Notes under the pieces: generated by a model | Told to the model about the DNA's origin: nothing | Databases searched by the model: none | The model's input: only the letters and a program-made list of their open reading frames with translations | Source: Paraglomus brasilianum | Lineage: Eukaryota | Assembly: GCA_910592345.1 (NCBI GenBank) | Contig: CAJVPI010000055.1 | Coordinates: forward strand, 44,309 to 64,308 | Length of the DNA: 20,000 nt | Reading direction: 5' to 3' | In this document: positions 1-16,034 of the stretch, piece by piece | How the letters are laid out: each line of letters begins with the position of its first letter | How positions within the stretch are numbered: the first letter of the stretch is position 1 | Program-made: the position numbers and the translations under genes

Positions 1-21
1 ATTCTTTTTTTTTCCACTAAG

Positions 22-544
22 CCTACGATCAGTCAGAACCCGACAAGGTGTCCATCGCCCAGTATAAGCCGGTTTTATCTGCATTATATATGTCATCCAT
101 ACTGTACTCGTCTAATTTCTTACGAAGTTTTGTAAATGGCTTTTACATTGTTTTTCCCGGTTCAACATTCGAGTTACCAACAAAATTGGCTCACTTCGGA
201 AAATTAAAATCAACAATAAAAAATTTTAACCATGTAATGGTGAGTACTAAAAGTTGGTTGATTGGGATTACAATTATTTTTTCTCCTGTCTTGACATCAA
301 AGAAAATGACATATAAATTAATCATTTTTGCACAGGAAATATATGAAAAATCAATAAAATGTTTCATGAACTGAACCATGGGCGTAACTTACTCGATGAT
401 ATCTTCAAAATTGACGACGAAAAATACTTACAATGCAAATCAGCATTTATTCACGAACCATGGTGGACACCAAAAAATAAATATCAAAAATCTCAAGTAT
501 TAACTGCGATTGAAGAAATGGAAAGTGAAACAGGAGAACATTGA
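22..544 (+). pseudogene. 3' end of an uncharacterised gene with an apparent 1-nt frameshift; gene starts before the window
   Basis: Pyrimidine tract + AAG acceptor ends at 21. Exon 22-239 reads YDQSEPDKVSIAQYK...IVFPGSTFELPTKL...NHVM. Intron 240-335 (GTGAGT...CACAG). EIYEKSIK then stops at 374 in that frame, while a protein-like frame (MFHELNHGRNLLDDIFKIDD...IHEPWWTPK...) runs 359-544 in a different frame. Family assignment not confirmed. Confidence 0.45.
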
Positions 545-1318
545 CGGAGTGTAGGAGAGGGAATAAATGTTTATTAAATGTAATAAATAAGGATGATGAC
601 GATCTTGAATTTTTAATGTAATTGCATCATTGAAAAAAATAATAAAGTTTCAGGCTTCTTATTTTTAGCCATCTGCATATATGATAATGCGACTACTCTT
701 AGCAAAGGTAAAATTTTTGGGGTCAATACGTCAGTCGCTGTGACGTCGTATATACAAAAAGTAATTGAAATAATAACAATCATTCATTTAAAGTTTTAAC
801 CTTATTCAATGAGACCCAATTCTCGAAGATGTTCTGGAATAATTACATGTGGGTTTTCGTAATACCAAACATACCTTTGTGATGCTATGCTATATAACGG
901 TGACGTATTCTCTCCTTTATTTCTGCGTTCCTCCGACAAAAAAAAAGTCTAAAATAATTGTGTCCGTTTATGGCAAATATATTATTATGTGGATTTTGTT
1001 AGGCCAATAGCGTCAGTCAGTTTAGTTTGAAGATGTAGATCTTCGGCACACATTGCGAAGAGTTTTAGAAACATTGTACTAATCAGCTTAGCCGAACTGG
1101 TGGTAAAAAGCTAAAGCTAAATGTTAACCATCCAACTGACAATGGTTTTTTTTCAGTAATGATAATATACAGGCAAAATTTCTCTGGTTAGTTCTTACAG
1201 TGTTCTCCCAATGGATAGCAACAGCTCCGAAACTAAATTGCAAGTGAGACAACCCAGATAAGGTTAAATTAAAAAGATGGGACCAACCAGTGGCCTCAAG
1301 CATGCCCTTAATCAAATT

Positions 1319-1387
1319 GGAATACGTTTGATGAGGAATCAGTGACCATTCCTCTTTCAGATCAATCTCGTTACACTGATGTGTTTT
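1319..1387 (+). ncRNA. candidate box C/D snoRNA, U30/SNORD30-like
   Basis: C box (T)TGATGA 1328-1334 and D box CTGA 1376-1379. Terminal stem GGAATACG (1319-1326)/TGTGTTTT (1380-1387) with a 3-nt bulge, i.e. K-turn geometry. Guide AATCTCGTTA (1364-1373) is complementary to conserved LSU rRNA TAACGAGATT. Confidence 0.45.
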
Positions 1388-1668
1388 TTAACAAACGCCA
1401 CATTCAGTAGAGTTCCTTGTATATAATGTTTGGCCATTCTCATTAGCTAGCTCCTACACTGTTTACGCGCATGGAAGCCTTGCAGCCTCAATATCCTGGT
1501 ATCGTTAACTATCTAATAAAGCAGTAACAACGTTTGCAGTCTATTACTATTGAAATATCAGAATTATGTAATTTTAAGCAATTAAATTTTTGTAATAGTA
1601 ACACAACATTTACAGAATTACTGTTATTATTATTATACCTATATCATCAAAAGGACTTTTCAATTATA

Positions 1669-3670
1669 ATGTCAACATCCAAAAAACGCAAGTTATCCAC
1701 AAACCTTTCTTCTACTCTTTCATCGTCTCCGCATTCGCCTGCCAGGAAGCCTAGACATTCCACCGGGCATGCACCGAATTGCGAGGATTCTTCGTGCGAG
1801 GGGTGTGATGTCGGTGAGATAGAAGTCAGCTTCGCGCTAACTGATAGCACTACACCACCGGGCCCAAGTGATTTGTTTAGAATGGCGGTAAACGAGTCTG
1901 AGAAAGAGAATCCTGAAGAGCATGGTGGGGGCATTGTGAAGAAATTGTATGACATGGCTATAGGAGAATTTGATCGTGTATTAGGAGAACAAGAGGAAAT
2001 TAGGAGAAAGGCTGGGAAAGAGGAGGAGGATTTGGAGGGAGAAACAAGCGACAAGAGCAAACTAGTCAAGGGAAAAGAAAAGGGAAGAGAAGGAGAATAC
2101 GAGAGTTACACATCATTTTTATGTGATTATGCAATGTGTTGTCTTTCATTTGGAAAGTATATGCCACTCATTTCTTACATCAAGAAAAGTATCGAATTGT
2201 TTGAGAAAGTCATTTGCGAGAATAACGACAACGGCGAAGCATGGATAGGACTTGCAAGAGCTAGGATCGCCTTGGTATGTGTACGCAAAGTTTATACCAG
2301 TAATGGTTTTTATGCCATTTATGTTGCTTTACATACTCAACGACCGCTGCATGCAAGGCGCGTATGAGTCTGCCATCGTCCGAAGACGAAGGAGAATTGG
2401 ATAAAGAAGAGAATTTCAGTGAGAGCCGGAAGGAATTTTTAAACGGAAAAGAGGCCTATGAGCGTGTAAGTCTTTGGATATTCAATAAAATCGATGTATC
2501 TGTTGGGGGTAGTTGATCGAGGAATGCGCAAAAGCTACCTTAAAAAAAATAGCTGCAGCTTATAAAACCAATTCAGGGACTCTCTCTCTTTAGATCGACG
2601 GACATGTCGCGATATATATCCGAGTCTATCTTGGCTGCCAAAGATTTTTATGAATACGGAGTCTCCTATCAACCCCATGGTTTGTTCAAAGCTACCATTG
2701 TTTCTACTTGTAAATGTATACTTGCTAACTTACATATCTCGATTAGCTTATGCCTCTAAAGTATTTGAATTGTCGTTGGAATATTTGGAATCTGCTACAC
2801 GAGCTCAAAACTTGGAAAATCCTGAAGAACAGGATCCATTTGTTGCCGGCTTAAAGGGGTCTTGTCTGTATTATTCGGCTATGAGTAAGAGTGCAGATGC
2901 AGCAGAAGAAATAAAGGTATAGGCATTGATGGAGGTTTGGTTTGTTTTCTCTATTTCTTTTTTGTATTACAGAAATTCCAACGGGAAACATTCTTAGCTT
3001 ACTGGCCATTATGTGTCAAAAGTTACTTTTGATGGAATCAATTAAGAATCTTAAATTTGCAAATGATCACAGTGAGGATAGTTACGCCGAGTTGGTAAGT
3101 TTTGATAGAACTTTTTGTATGACCTGCTTTGCTGTGTTTTTAATAGTTCGTGTATTTAATAATCTCCCCCATTTTCACTTCAGCTTGGCCAAGTTTATAT
3201 TCTGCAATCGACACTTGTTGGCAACGAGAATACAACAATGGAAGCTTTCGAACTGGGTATCGAATATTTAAAAAAAGCATTCGAGAAGAATCCAGGTAAA
3301 AAACAAGGAGAATTGAATGCATTTATCTGGATGCGTCTAACGTGGATGTTTCGCCATCGGGTTTTGTTCAACAGATAATGATGGATTACGCACACAACTG
3401 GTTACTATGGGGGTTCTTGACGATGACGACAATGATGAGGGTGATGATGATGATAATGATGAGAGCGGGGACGATGATGATAATGATATGAGCGGTGATT
3501 ATGAGGATGATAATGATGTGAGCGGTGATTATAATGATGATAATGAGAGTGGCGACTATGATGATGATAATGAGAGTGATGACTATGATGATGAAAGTGA
3601 CGAAGTGGGTAACATTTCTGACGATGATATCGGTGATGATGTCGACGGCGACGACGTTGATGATGAGTAG
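1669..3670 (+). CDS. TPR/alpha-helical protein with N-terminal basic NLS-like motif and long acidic tail; probable Ett1/Nro1-like protein
   Basis: Exons: 1669-2274, 2358-2465, ~2553-2679 (acceptor uncertain; in-frame AGs end at 2552/2558/2576), 2747-2916, 3023-3094, 3184-3295, 3375-3670. GT..AG introns with consistent phases. KKRK near N terminus. TPR-like helices (GEAWIGLARARIAL; LGQVYILQSTL...AFELGIEYLKKAFEKNPDN). Gene existence is strong; the Ett1/Nro1 label is tentative. Confidence 0.7.
3418..3667 (+). repeat. coding minisatellite, 27-30 bp units encoding a D/E-rich tail
   Basis: Units such as GATGATGATAATGAT(GAG/ATG/GTG)AGCGG(T/G)GA(T/C) repeated about 6 times, encoding DDDND(E/M/V)SGD(Y). 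Confidence 0.85.
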
Positions 3671-3941
3671 TTCTCGAAGGATGGATAAAGGGCAAACCTG
3701 AATCATCAAACTCACACACACACACATGCCAGTACTAATGAAAGCTTTTCTACGCCTGACTTTCATATAACGTCTCTCACATTGATTATTGTTTTTGAAT
3801 TTCAAGGTCAGATTTGCTCTGTAACGTTTACAAAAAATAAAAATAAAAAATAAAGCATGATTTATAAGTTCTTATAAATGAATTGCTCTCTGAGTGCTAT
3901 GTGTGGGTATTAATAACATCACGTGTCCTTATCATTTTATG

Positions 3942-4920
3942 TTACTGGGGAGGAAGAAAAAAAGGTATACAGGTTAATAGAGCGCATTTAACATCAAAAT
4001 GTTTAAGCAGATAACAAGCGATCAAAGTTGTTACTAACATAGCCTACTCCGATCAAATAGTCAGCTAAGTTTTCAACAACGAGGGTTGCTGGCCCAGGCT
4101 TTATAGGGTCCTTATAAGTGCCGATCAATATAGCCTGATTTGTCTTGACGGCAATAATACCATCATCTCCCTATGATCAACAATGTAACGCAGGTTTTGC
4201 TTAGTATTGTCCCAAGCTGGTCATATAAAATGCATATATACTGCATTACACTATACCAGTTTTCCATAGCAACTACGAGCGTCAGCCTTCAAAGTAAAGT
4301 ATTTTACTGCATTCACACGGATTCCACTCCCAAAGAGAGGTGAATTATCATCCTTGAAGCCATCAAAAAGAGCACGAAACTCGACAGGCTTTACCTAATT
4401 CAAATAAAATAATGAGAATTGTTAGATCGTAAGAACAACGGGGAGGAAAAAAAAATTGTCAGGGTTGAAACGTTCAATCATTCCAAGTACATGTGATGAT
4501 CTAACAAGAAGCTTACTCCAAATACAACACTTTTGCAACCCCAATCTAACCCGATGAATTCACTGTTTGCCGCTAGTAAAGACCAAACGATGCTCAATCT
4601 ATTCACAAGATAGTCCATAAATTCATGGTTATTTCCTGAAAACTTACGCTGAAACCAGGCGACGTTGCCCAAGCTGACCCGTCATGTCCATATATAGCAG
4701 CGTCAGATATCTTCCCTGTGCCAAGGAGATTGTTGTCAACGTATCTATGTTTGTCGCAAGATATTAAATGTCTTAGTAACTGGTCGAGAAAAACTTCAGT
4801 ATGTCCAGAGTATGTAAACGTCTTTTGAATAACTAACGACATGAACTTTTCTCTCCACTTGCATTATTACCATCCTCGTTTCTCCATTTCTGCCCATGTT
4901 ACTTACCCCTGCCACGACAT
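3942..4920 (-). CDS. PFY1: profilin
   Basis: Exons 4920-4907, 4744-4648, 4394-4257, 4170-4039, 3944-3942. Spliced protein MSWQGYVDNNLLGTGKISDAAIYGHDGSAWATSPGFSVKPVEF...GIRVNAVKYFTLKADARSCYGKLGDDGIIAVKTNQAILIGTY...VVENLADYLIGVGY*, with classic profilin N- and C-terminal motifs. Confidence 0.97.
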
Positions 4921-5099
4921 GGTTAGATCTTTGAAATAAAACCGTAATAGCCGAGTGGTAAGAAGTACCTTTTCCCGTTAGAAACGGATCTGATATAAAC
5001 GGGTGTAACTATGATGTAAGGTCAGCCAATTGGGAGCTTGCGGTCGGGTGATAATAAAGATGGTTTTCTGAACACTATTCAAAATAAGTTTTTTCCTTA
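4921..5099. promoter_or_regulatory. compact bidirectional promoter (profilin / TRAPPC2L)
   Basis: Only 179 bp between divergent ATGs. Palindromic CCAATTGG at 5026-5033 gives a CCAAT box on both strands. TATAAA-like element near 4995. Confidence 0.6.
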
Positions 5100-5922
5100 A
5101 TGGCAAGCAATAATACTATTAAAATCCAATGTATCGCGATAATTGGAAAGCAGGTAAAAAAATATATAATGAGACTCGATAGTTTCGAGTCGGGATATTG
5201 CGCTGGGCATTATCTTGTATGACTAACTATATATCATTCATTTGAGGCTGAGAAGTGTGCTGCTCTGAACCCAAACATTAATTGTCTCATATCCCGATTA
5301 TATTTATCTCACATCTAAAGAACAACCCATTATACGTTCGTAATTTTAGTACGAGACACCCTGACTTAAAGTATCATTATATTGCTCATACATCTTGCGA
5401 TGTGATTGAAGAAAGAGGCAAGTGTTGTCTGTTTCGTGTTTTTGCTGTCGGTATTATGCTTAAGTTATTCATACCGGATTCTGGTACATACATCAGTCAG
5501 CGCGGCTCCTAAATTGACAGATACTTATCTTGGATTGTTGTATGCTATGGAAGATCTGGCTATGTAAGTAGTGATAATAGCTGTTATTCCCCCTCCCCTC
5601 TGCTGATTTATTAAGTGTCTGTCCTCTATAGATATGGGTGGTTGTCAAATACCAGGGTGAAATTTATAGTGGTTGTAGAAGTGCCCGATATTGTAATTAA
5701 AGATTCTGATATAAAAGCCGTAAGTACGAACGATTCTTTATCAAAGATTAGAAATAAACACAACATCTCATGCTCACATTTTATTACTAGATATTCCGCA
5801 AGATACATACGGCATATATAAATCAAGTATGCAACCCATTTTACAACCTCGATGGATCTAAATCAATTGCTAGCAAACGATTTATAAATGCAATTGATGC
5901 CATTGGAAGAGGAGAAAAATAA
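5100..5922 (+). CDS. TRAPPC2L: trafficking protein particle complex subunit 2-like (sedlin/longin family)
   Basis: Exons 5100-5153, 5321-5417, 5497-5563, 5632-5719, 5791-5922. Protein MASNNTIKIQCIAIIGKQNNPLYVRNF...HYIAHTSCDVIEER...DTYLGLLYAMEDLAIYGWLSNTRVKFIVVV...IFRKIHTAYINQVCNPFY..., carrying TRAPPC2L/Tca17 hallmarks. Intron 2 is GC-AG. Confidence 0.93.
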
Positions 5923-6444
5923 TTTTTAATGGCAGATCTAAACAATGGTACACGCAAACGTTGAAGAGAGTGGTTTCTTTTCGTGACGTAATGCTAGTAT
6001 TAGTAAATGACGTGGCTTTATTAATCAATCTATGGCTGAAGGAAGAAAGAAAACGGCAAAGTATTGAGCATGAGGCAATGGGAGTACTATTTGTATGATA
6101 AGCAAAATATCTATGCTAACTGATTTTATATATTATCGGTAAGCTATATATTTAACGCGTGTTTCAGTACCCTAAATCATGCTCGATACATTCTTTACAT
6201 CCTGTTGTCGTAGTCACGATAATTAGAATAATCTCGCTTCAATATCCCAAATTCTCATAACATCCTGTGTCTTATGCCCTATCATCAAGTGCTCTTAACA
6301 ATTAGAACTACGCGGCTCAAATATACAAACTTTGTGCTATTATTATGGCGTCTTATTATTATATAATTACATTAATGCCATCGTCACTTCACCCAGAGCT
6401 CACTTTCCGAAATACTCTTCTCTTTTCCTTCACTCACCGCAACG

Positions 6445-8584
<2,140 letters not shown>

Positions 8585-8732
8585 ATAACAATTAGTGTTG
8601 GATGTTTAGGTCAGATATAGAAGTGAATATGCTGTTGTTGCGTTAAACAATATGTGAAAACTCTTATGCTTAGGCGAAGGGAGAGGTATGTGTCTTGTGG
8701 AGTAAGGTCATTTGACGCCTGTATATAATACC

Positions 8733-8742
8733 TGACGCGTCA
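8733..8742. promoter_or_regulatory. MCB (MluI cell-cycle box) upstream of WEE1
   Basis: Palindrome TGACGCGTCA containing ACGCGT, about 150 bp upstream of the WEE1 ATG and adjacent to a TATA-like element (8722-8730). Confidence 0.5.
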
Positions 8743-9424
8743 AATTATGACGGTGAGGACGCGGCGGTGGTTTGTATCAATATAGATATACATTTTTGGA
8801 AAGATCGCCCATAAATATTCTGTCCCTCGTAATAGTAAGCCCCTTTAGTCTATTTGTTGTTTTCAGTAAAGGGATACTAAACATGACATGTGTTAAATAA
8901 AAAAAGAGTCGAAGAGAAATTACTTATTTAAGAAGAACATGGATATGCTTAATTTTACTTTTACCAATGGCGGAACTTTGACATGTTAACAAACCGTTAA
9001 AAAGAAGATTATTTTCTCGTAAGACATAATATGTGTAATAAGAATAAGAAACAGTTGATTATACAAAAAGATAGCAATTAATATTAACAAATTTTTTCAA
9101 AGCAGAAGATATAGTCTGGTTTAAGCGTTCCTGAACTTTTCAAGAAGAGTTTTATCTAAACAACCCATCTTAATCTTTATGTTTGTTTAATATAATCCAA
9201 TTACTAACGCCAAACACAGTATAAATTCCAATCAAACAACAGCCAATCAAGAGAAGTCTACTGTCGTATTAGTATGCAACAGTTAGGTTAATTAGAAAGT
9301 CTGGCTGCAAAAATTAGATAATTGCTCGGACAATCAAAATAAGCCTCAAGTATAGGCTAAAAGCTGAAAATTTTGTAAATTGCTATGGGATGTGTACTAA
9401 GTGTTATAAATTAGTTTATTGTTA

Positions 9425-9606
9425 CAGTCAACTCTGTCTACACCGGTGCGAGTGGTTTGGCGATTTTTGGCCGTTATAACGAGAGACCGGTATATTGTTC
9501 AGACGTTATAGGGGGTGGGATTAATATATAATATTTTGGTGCAGCGAAATTGGACCGGCATAAGGCGAAACCGGTATAAAAAGGCCGGTATAGACAGAGT
9601 TGACTG
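9425..9606. mobile_element. pogo-like (Tc1/mariner superfamily) MITE A, 182 bp
   Basis: TA (9423-24) + CAGTCAACTCTGTCTACACCGG ... CCGGTATAGACAGAGTTGACTG + TA (9607-08): 22-bp TIR with 1 mismatch and TA target duplication. Internal CCG(G/T)TATA-like repeats. No coding capacity. Confidence 0.9.
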
Positions 9607-9801
9607 TACTAATAAAATTCCTACTATTGCAAAGAAAGCTTCACCAAAGAAAGTTGAATACTGAATAATAATAATACTATGTTTGACTGCACCGCGTGTT
9701 TGGATCCATTTTTGCATAAGATTTTCGTAAGACAAGCCCCAACGCCACAAATACAATCGCGTTACATGGCTTAATTCGGAATTTCATCAATGGGAAATTA
9801 A

Positions 9802-9810
9802 GACGCGTCA
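9802..9810. promoter_or_regulatory. MCB box upstream of BUB1
   Basis: GACGCGTCA about 80 bp upstream of the ATG at 9889. Further CGCG cores at ~9693 and ~9758. Confidence 0.45.
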
Positions 9811-9888
9811 CAGCTAACCCAAACATGAATTATCAATTTATCCATGATTTAATAATAATTACCTAAACATATTTCTCTCACATCCCCC

Positions 9889-14234
<4,346 letters not shown>

Positions 14235-14626
14235 TACAGTATCTAATTAAAAGTTTTAGAAAGTTGAGAAAATATTTTGGTTCGTTATGTGTTCCATAAT
14301 AATCAACTTACAAAGTTCCTCCCATCATCATTTCCATTGCTAATAACGATAGCACGCGCTATTCATTAATTGTTTGTTTAGACGGGTATTCGCGAACGCA
14401 TTTCCTTCAAAAAAAAATGAGTCAGCTTTTCACAATTGAGTGTTCTACCCTTTCTCTTACTCTGTCCCTATATATTTGATTCTCTGTATGCCTCTGAGTT
14501 TTTTCTATCAACAGCGAAAGTCAAGTAATTTCCGGAGAACAGGGCTTAAAGCGGAGAACAATTCTCAAACACTTTAGCTCGGCTTGAATAAATGGCTGCT
14601 TCACTTCCGTCTTATCATCTCATATA

Positions 14627-14652
14627 CACTGGGGGAGAAAGTTTATGCGGAC
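14627..14652 (+). mobile_element. possible solo Tc1-type terminal inverted repeat remnant
   Basis: TA followed by CACTGGGGGAGAAAGTTTATGCGGAC, resembling Tc1-family ends. No convincing partner TIR in the window. Confidence 0.2.
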
Positions 14653-15674
14653 GGCTTTTTTTTTTTTTATTATTTATTCCAGCCTTACTTTCTACACGTC
14701 TTTTGGTGTTATCGGTTTTCCCATTTTTATTGATTGCTATTGTGAAATAAAACATTAGTTTTGATAATTTGACCGGAAAATTCCTGCAAATGGTAAACCG
14801 GTACAGACGTTAGCACAAATTCGCTGAGCTTCGGAAAAAAGTGTTCAGGTGGATGCCCGAGAAACGGTTATTTTTAGTTGCGAGTTTTGACTTGAATACT
14901 CGCATAAAATGCGACAACGTGAAATACGAGCTAATTTCTGTTTATTTCCCTAATGCATAAACTCATGCTAATATTAATATTTCTCAATCAGGAACTTGAA
15001 CACGAGAATATGTAATGAACTTTCCTGCATTTATACTCAAAGTTTACGTGCATCAAAAAAGATCTTTATATACGATAACATCAAATTTTTCTATTGCAAA
15101 TTATGTACATGATCAGATTCTCGTGACGTGGCATATTTCTCCAAGATAATTCCAAAACCAATACAATGCTTAAACGCATTTACAAATTATATAAGGTTAG
15201 TGAAAATAGTAAAGCAAAAAAATAACAAACAAAACCAACAAAGTTTGATCAATTGCACATGATCAATATCAAACGAGCGAATGTATCCGCAAAGTAGAAA
15301 CAAAGCATGTTTTAAAAAGCCATCACGATGCTAATCCATTTCGGAGCGGTATCATAATTATAAAATAGATAGGCAGATTTTTTATAGTATTTTGGTGTTT
15401 AATTTCTTTATTATCAAATATCTTGTAAAAAGTAATAGAAACAAAACATTAGCTATAGAATTATTTGTGAGTAAAGAAATAATATTAATATAGCGCTTAG
15501 TACTTGTATTAAATAGCCTAGGATCCATGTATTAGTATTCACTCCTCTTCTAAATAAGGCTTTTACTTTATTTTTTTTAAATGCATTGGAAAAAATAAAT
15601 TATGCAAATGTATCATTTATTTCGTGATTTATTATTACTTCATTTTATGATTTAAAATAAAAGATATATATACA

Positions 15675-15884
15675 CAGTGAGCTCTCCCTAAGTGCACGTT
15701 GTCGGGACCATAGTAATAGTGAAAAAAAAAAACCAAAAGTGTGCATTTAGAGAGAGTGTGCATTTACAGAGAGCAAAATATATAATGTTCTTATAAGCTG
15801 GGGCTGAACCATACTATGCATTTATTATTATGGAGAGTTTATATAGTGTGTGCATTTAGGGGTGCACTTAGGGAGAGTTCACTG
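15675..15884. mobile_element. pogo-like MITE B, 210 bp
   Basis: CAGTGAGCTCTCCCTAAGTGCAC ... GTGCACTTAGGGAGAGTTCACTG: 23-bp TIR with 1 mismatch. Right flank TA, left flank CA (mutated TSD). Internal GTGCATTTA repeats at 15741, 15758 and 15850. Confidence 0.88.
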
Positions 15885-16034
15885 TACCATATACTAATAC
15901 ATTATAGCTTGCAATAAAAGATTATTTATGCTCTATCTAGCATAATACTACACTATCCTTGATAAAAATAGTCCTAGTTAAGTGATTCACTAATAATTGA
16001 TACACGTATTATAGATCCATATAATTAAAACTAT

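Noticed and set aside
727..907. Possible old MITE (TA-CGTCA...TGACG-TA)
   Set aside because: Only about 9 bp of perfect inversion; the remainder needs a gap and several mismatches.
1534..1668. N-terminal extension of the 277-aa ORF
   Set aside because: Begins at TTG in AT-rich leader sequence; the first ATG is at 1669.
3386..3805. Minus-strand poly-Ile and poly-His ORFs
   Set aside because: Antisense shadows of the GAT-rich acidic tail.
5219..5275. C/D snoRNA or TPP-like motifs (ATGACTA, GCTGAGA, CTGA) in TRAPPC2L intron 1
   Set aside because: Poor C box, no K-turn stem, no rRNA complement found, and no TPP 3' half.
8670..8711. 13-aa uORF upstream of WEE1 (MTLLHKTHTSPFA*)
   Set aside because: Its ATG lies about 10 nt from the TATA-like box, so it is probably upstream of the TSS.
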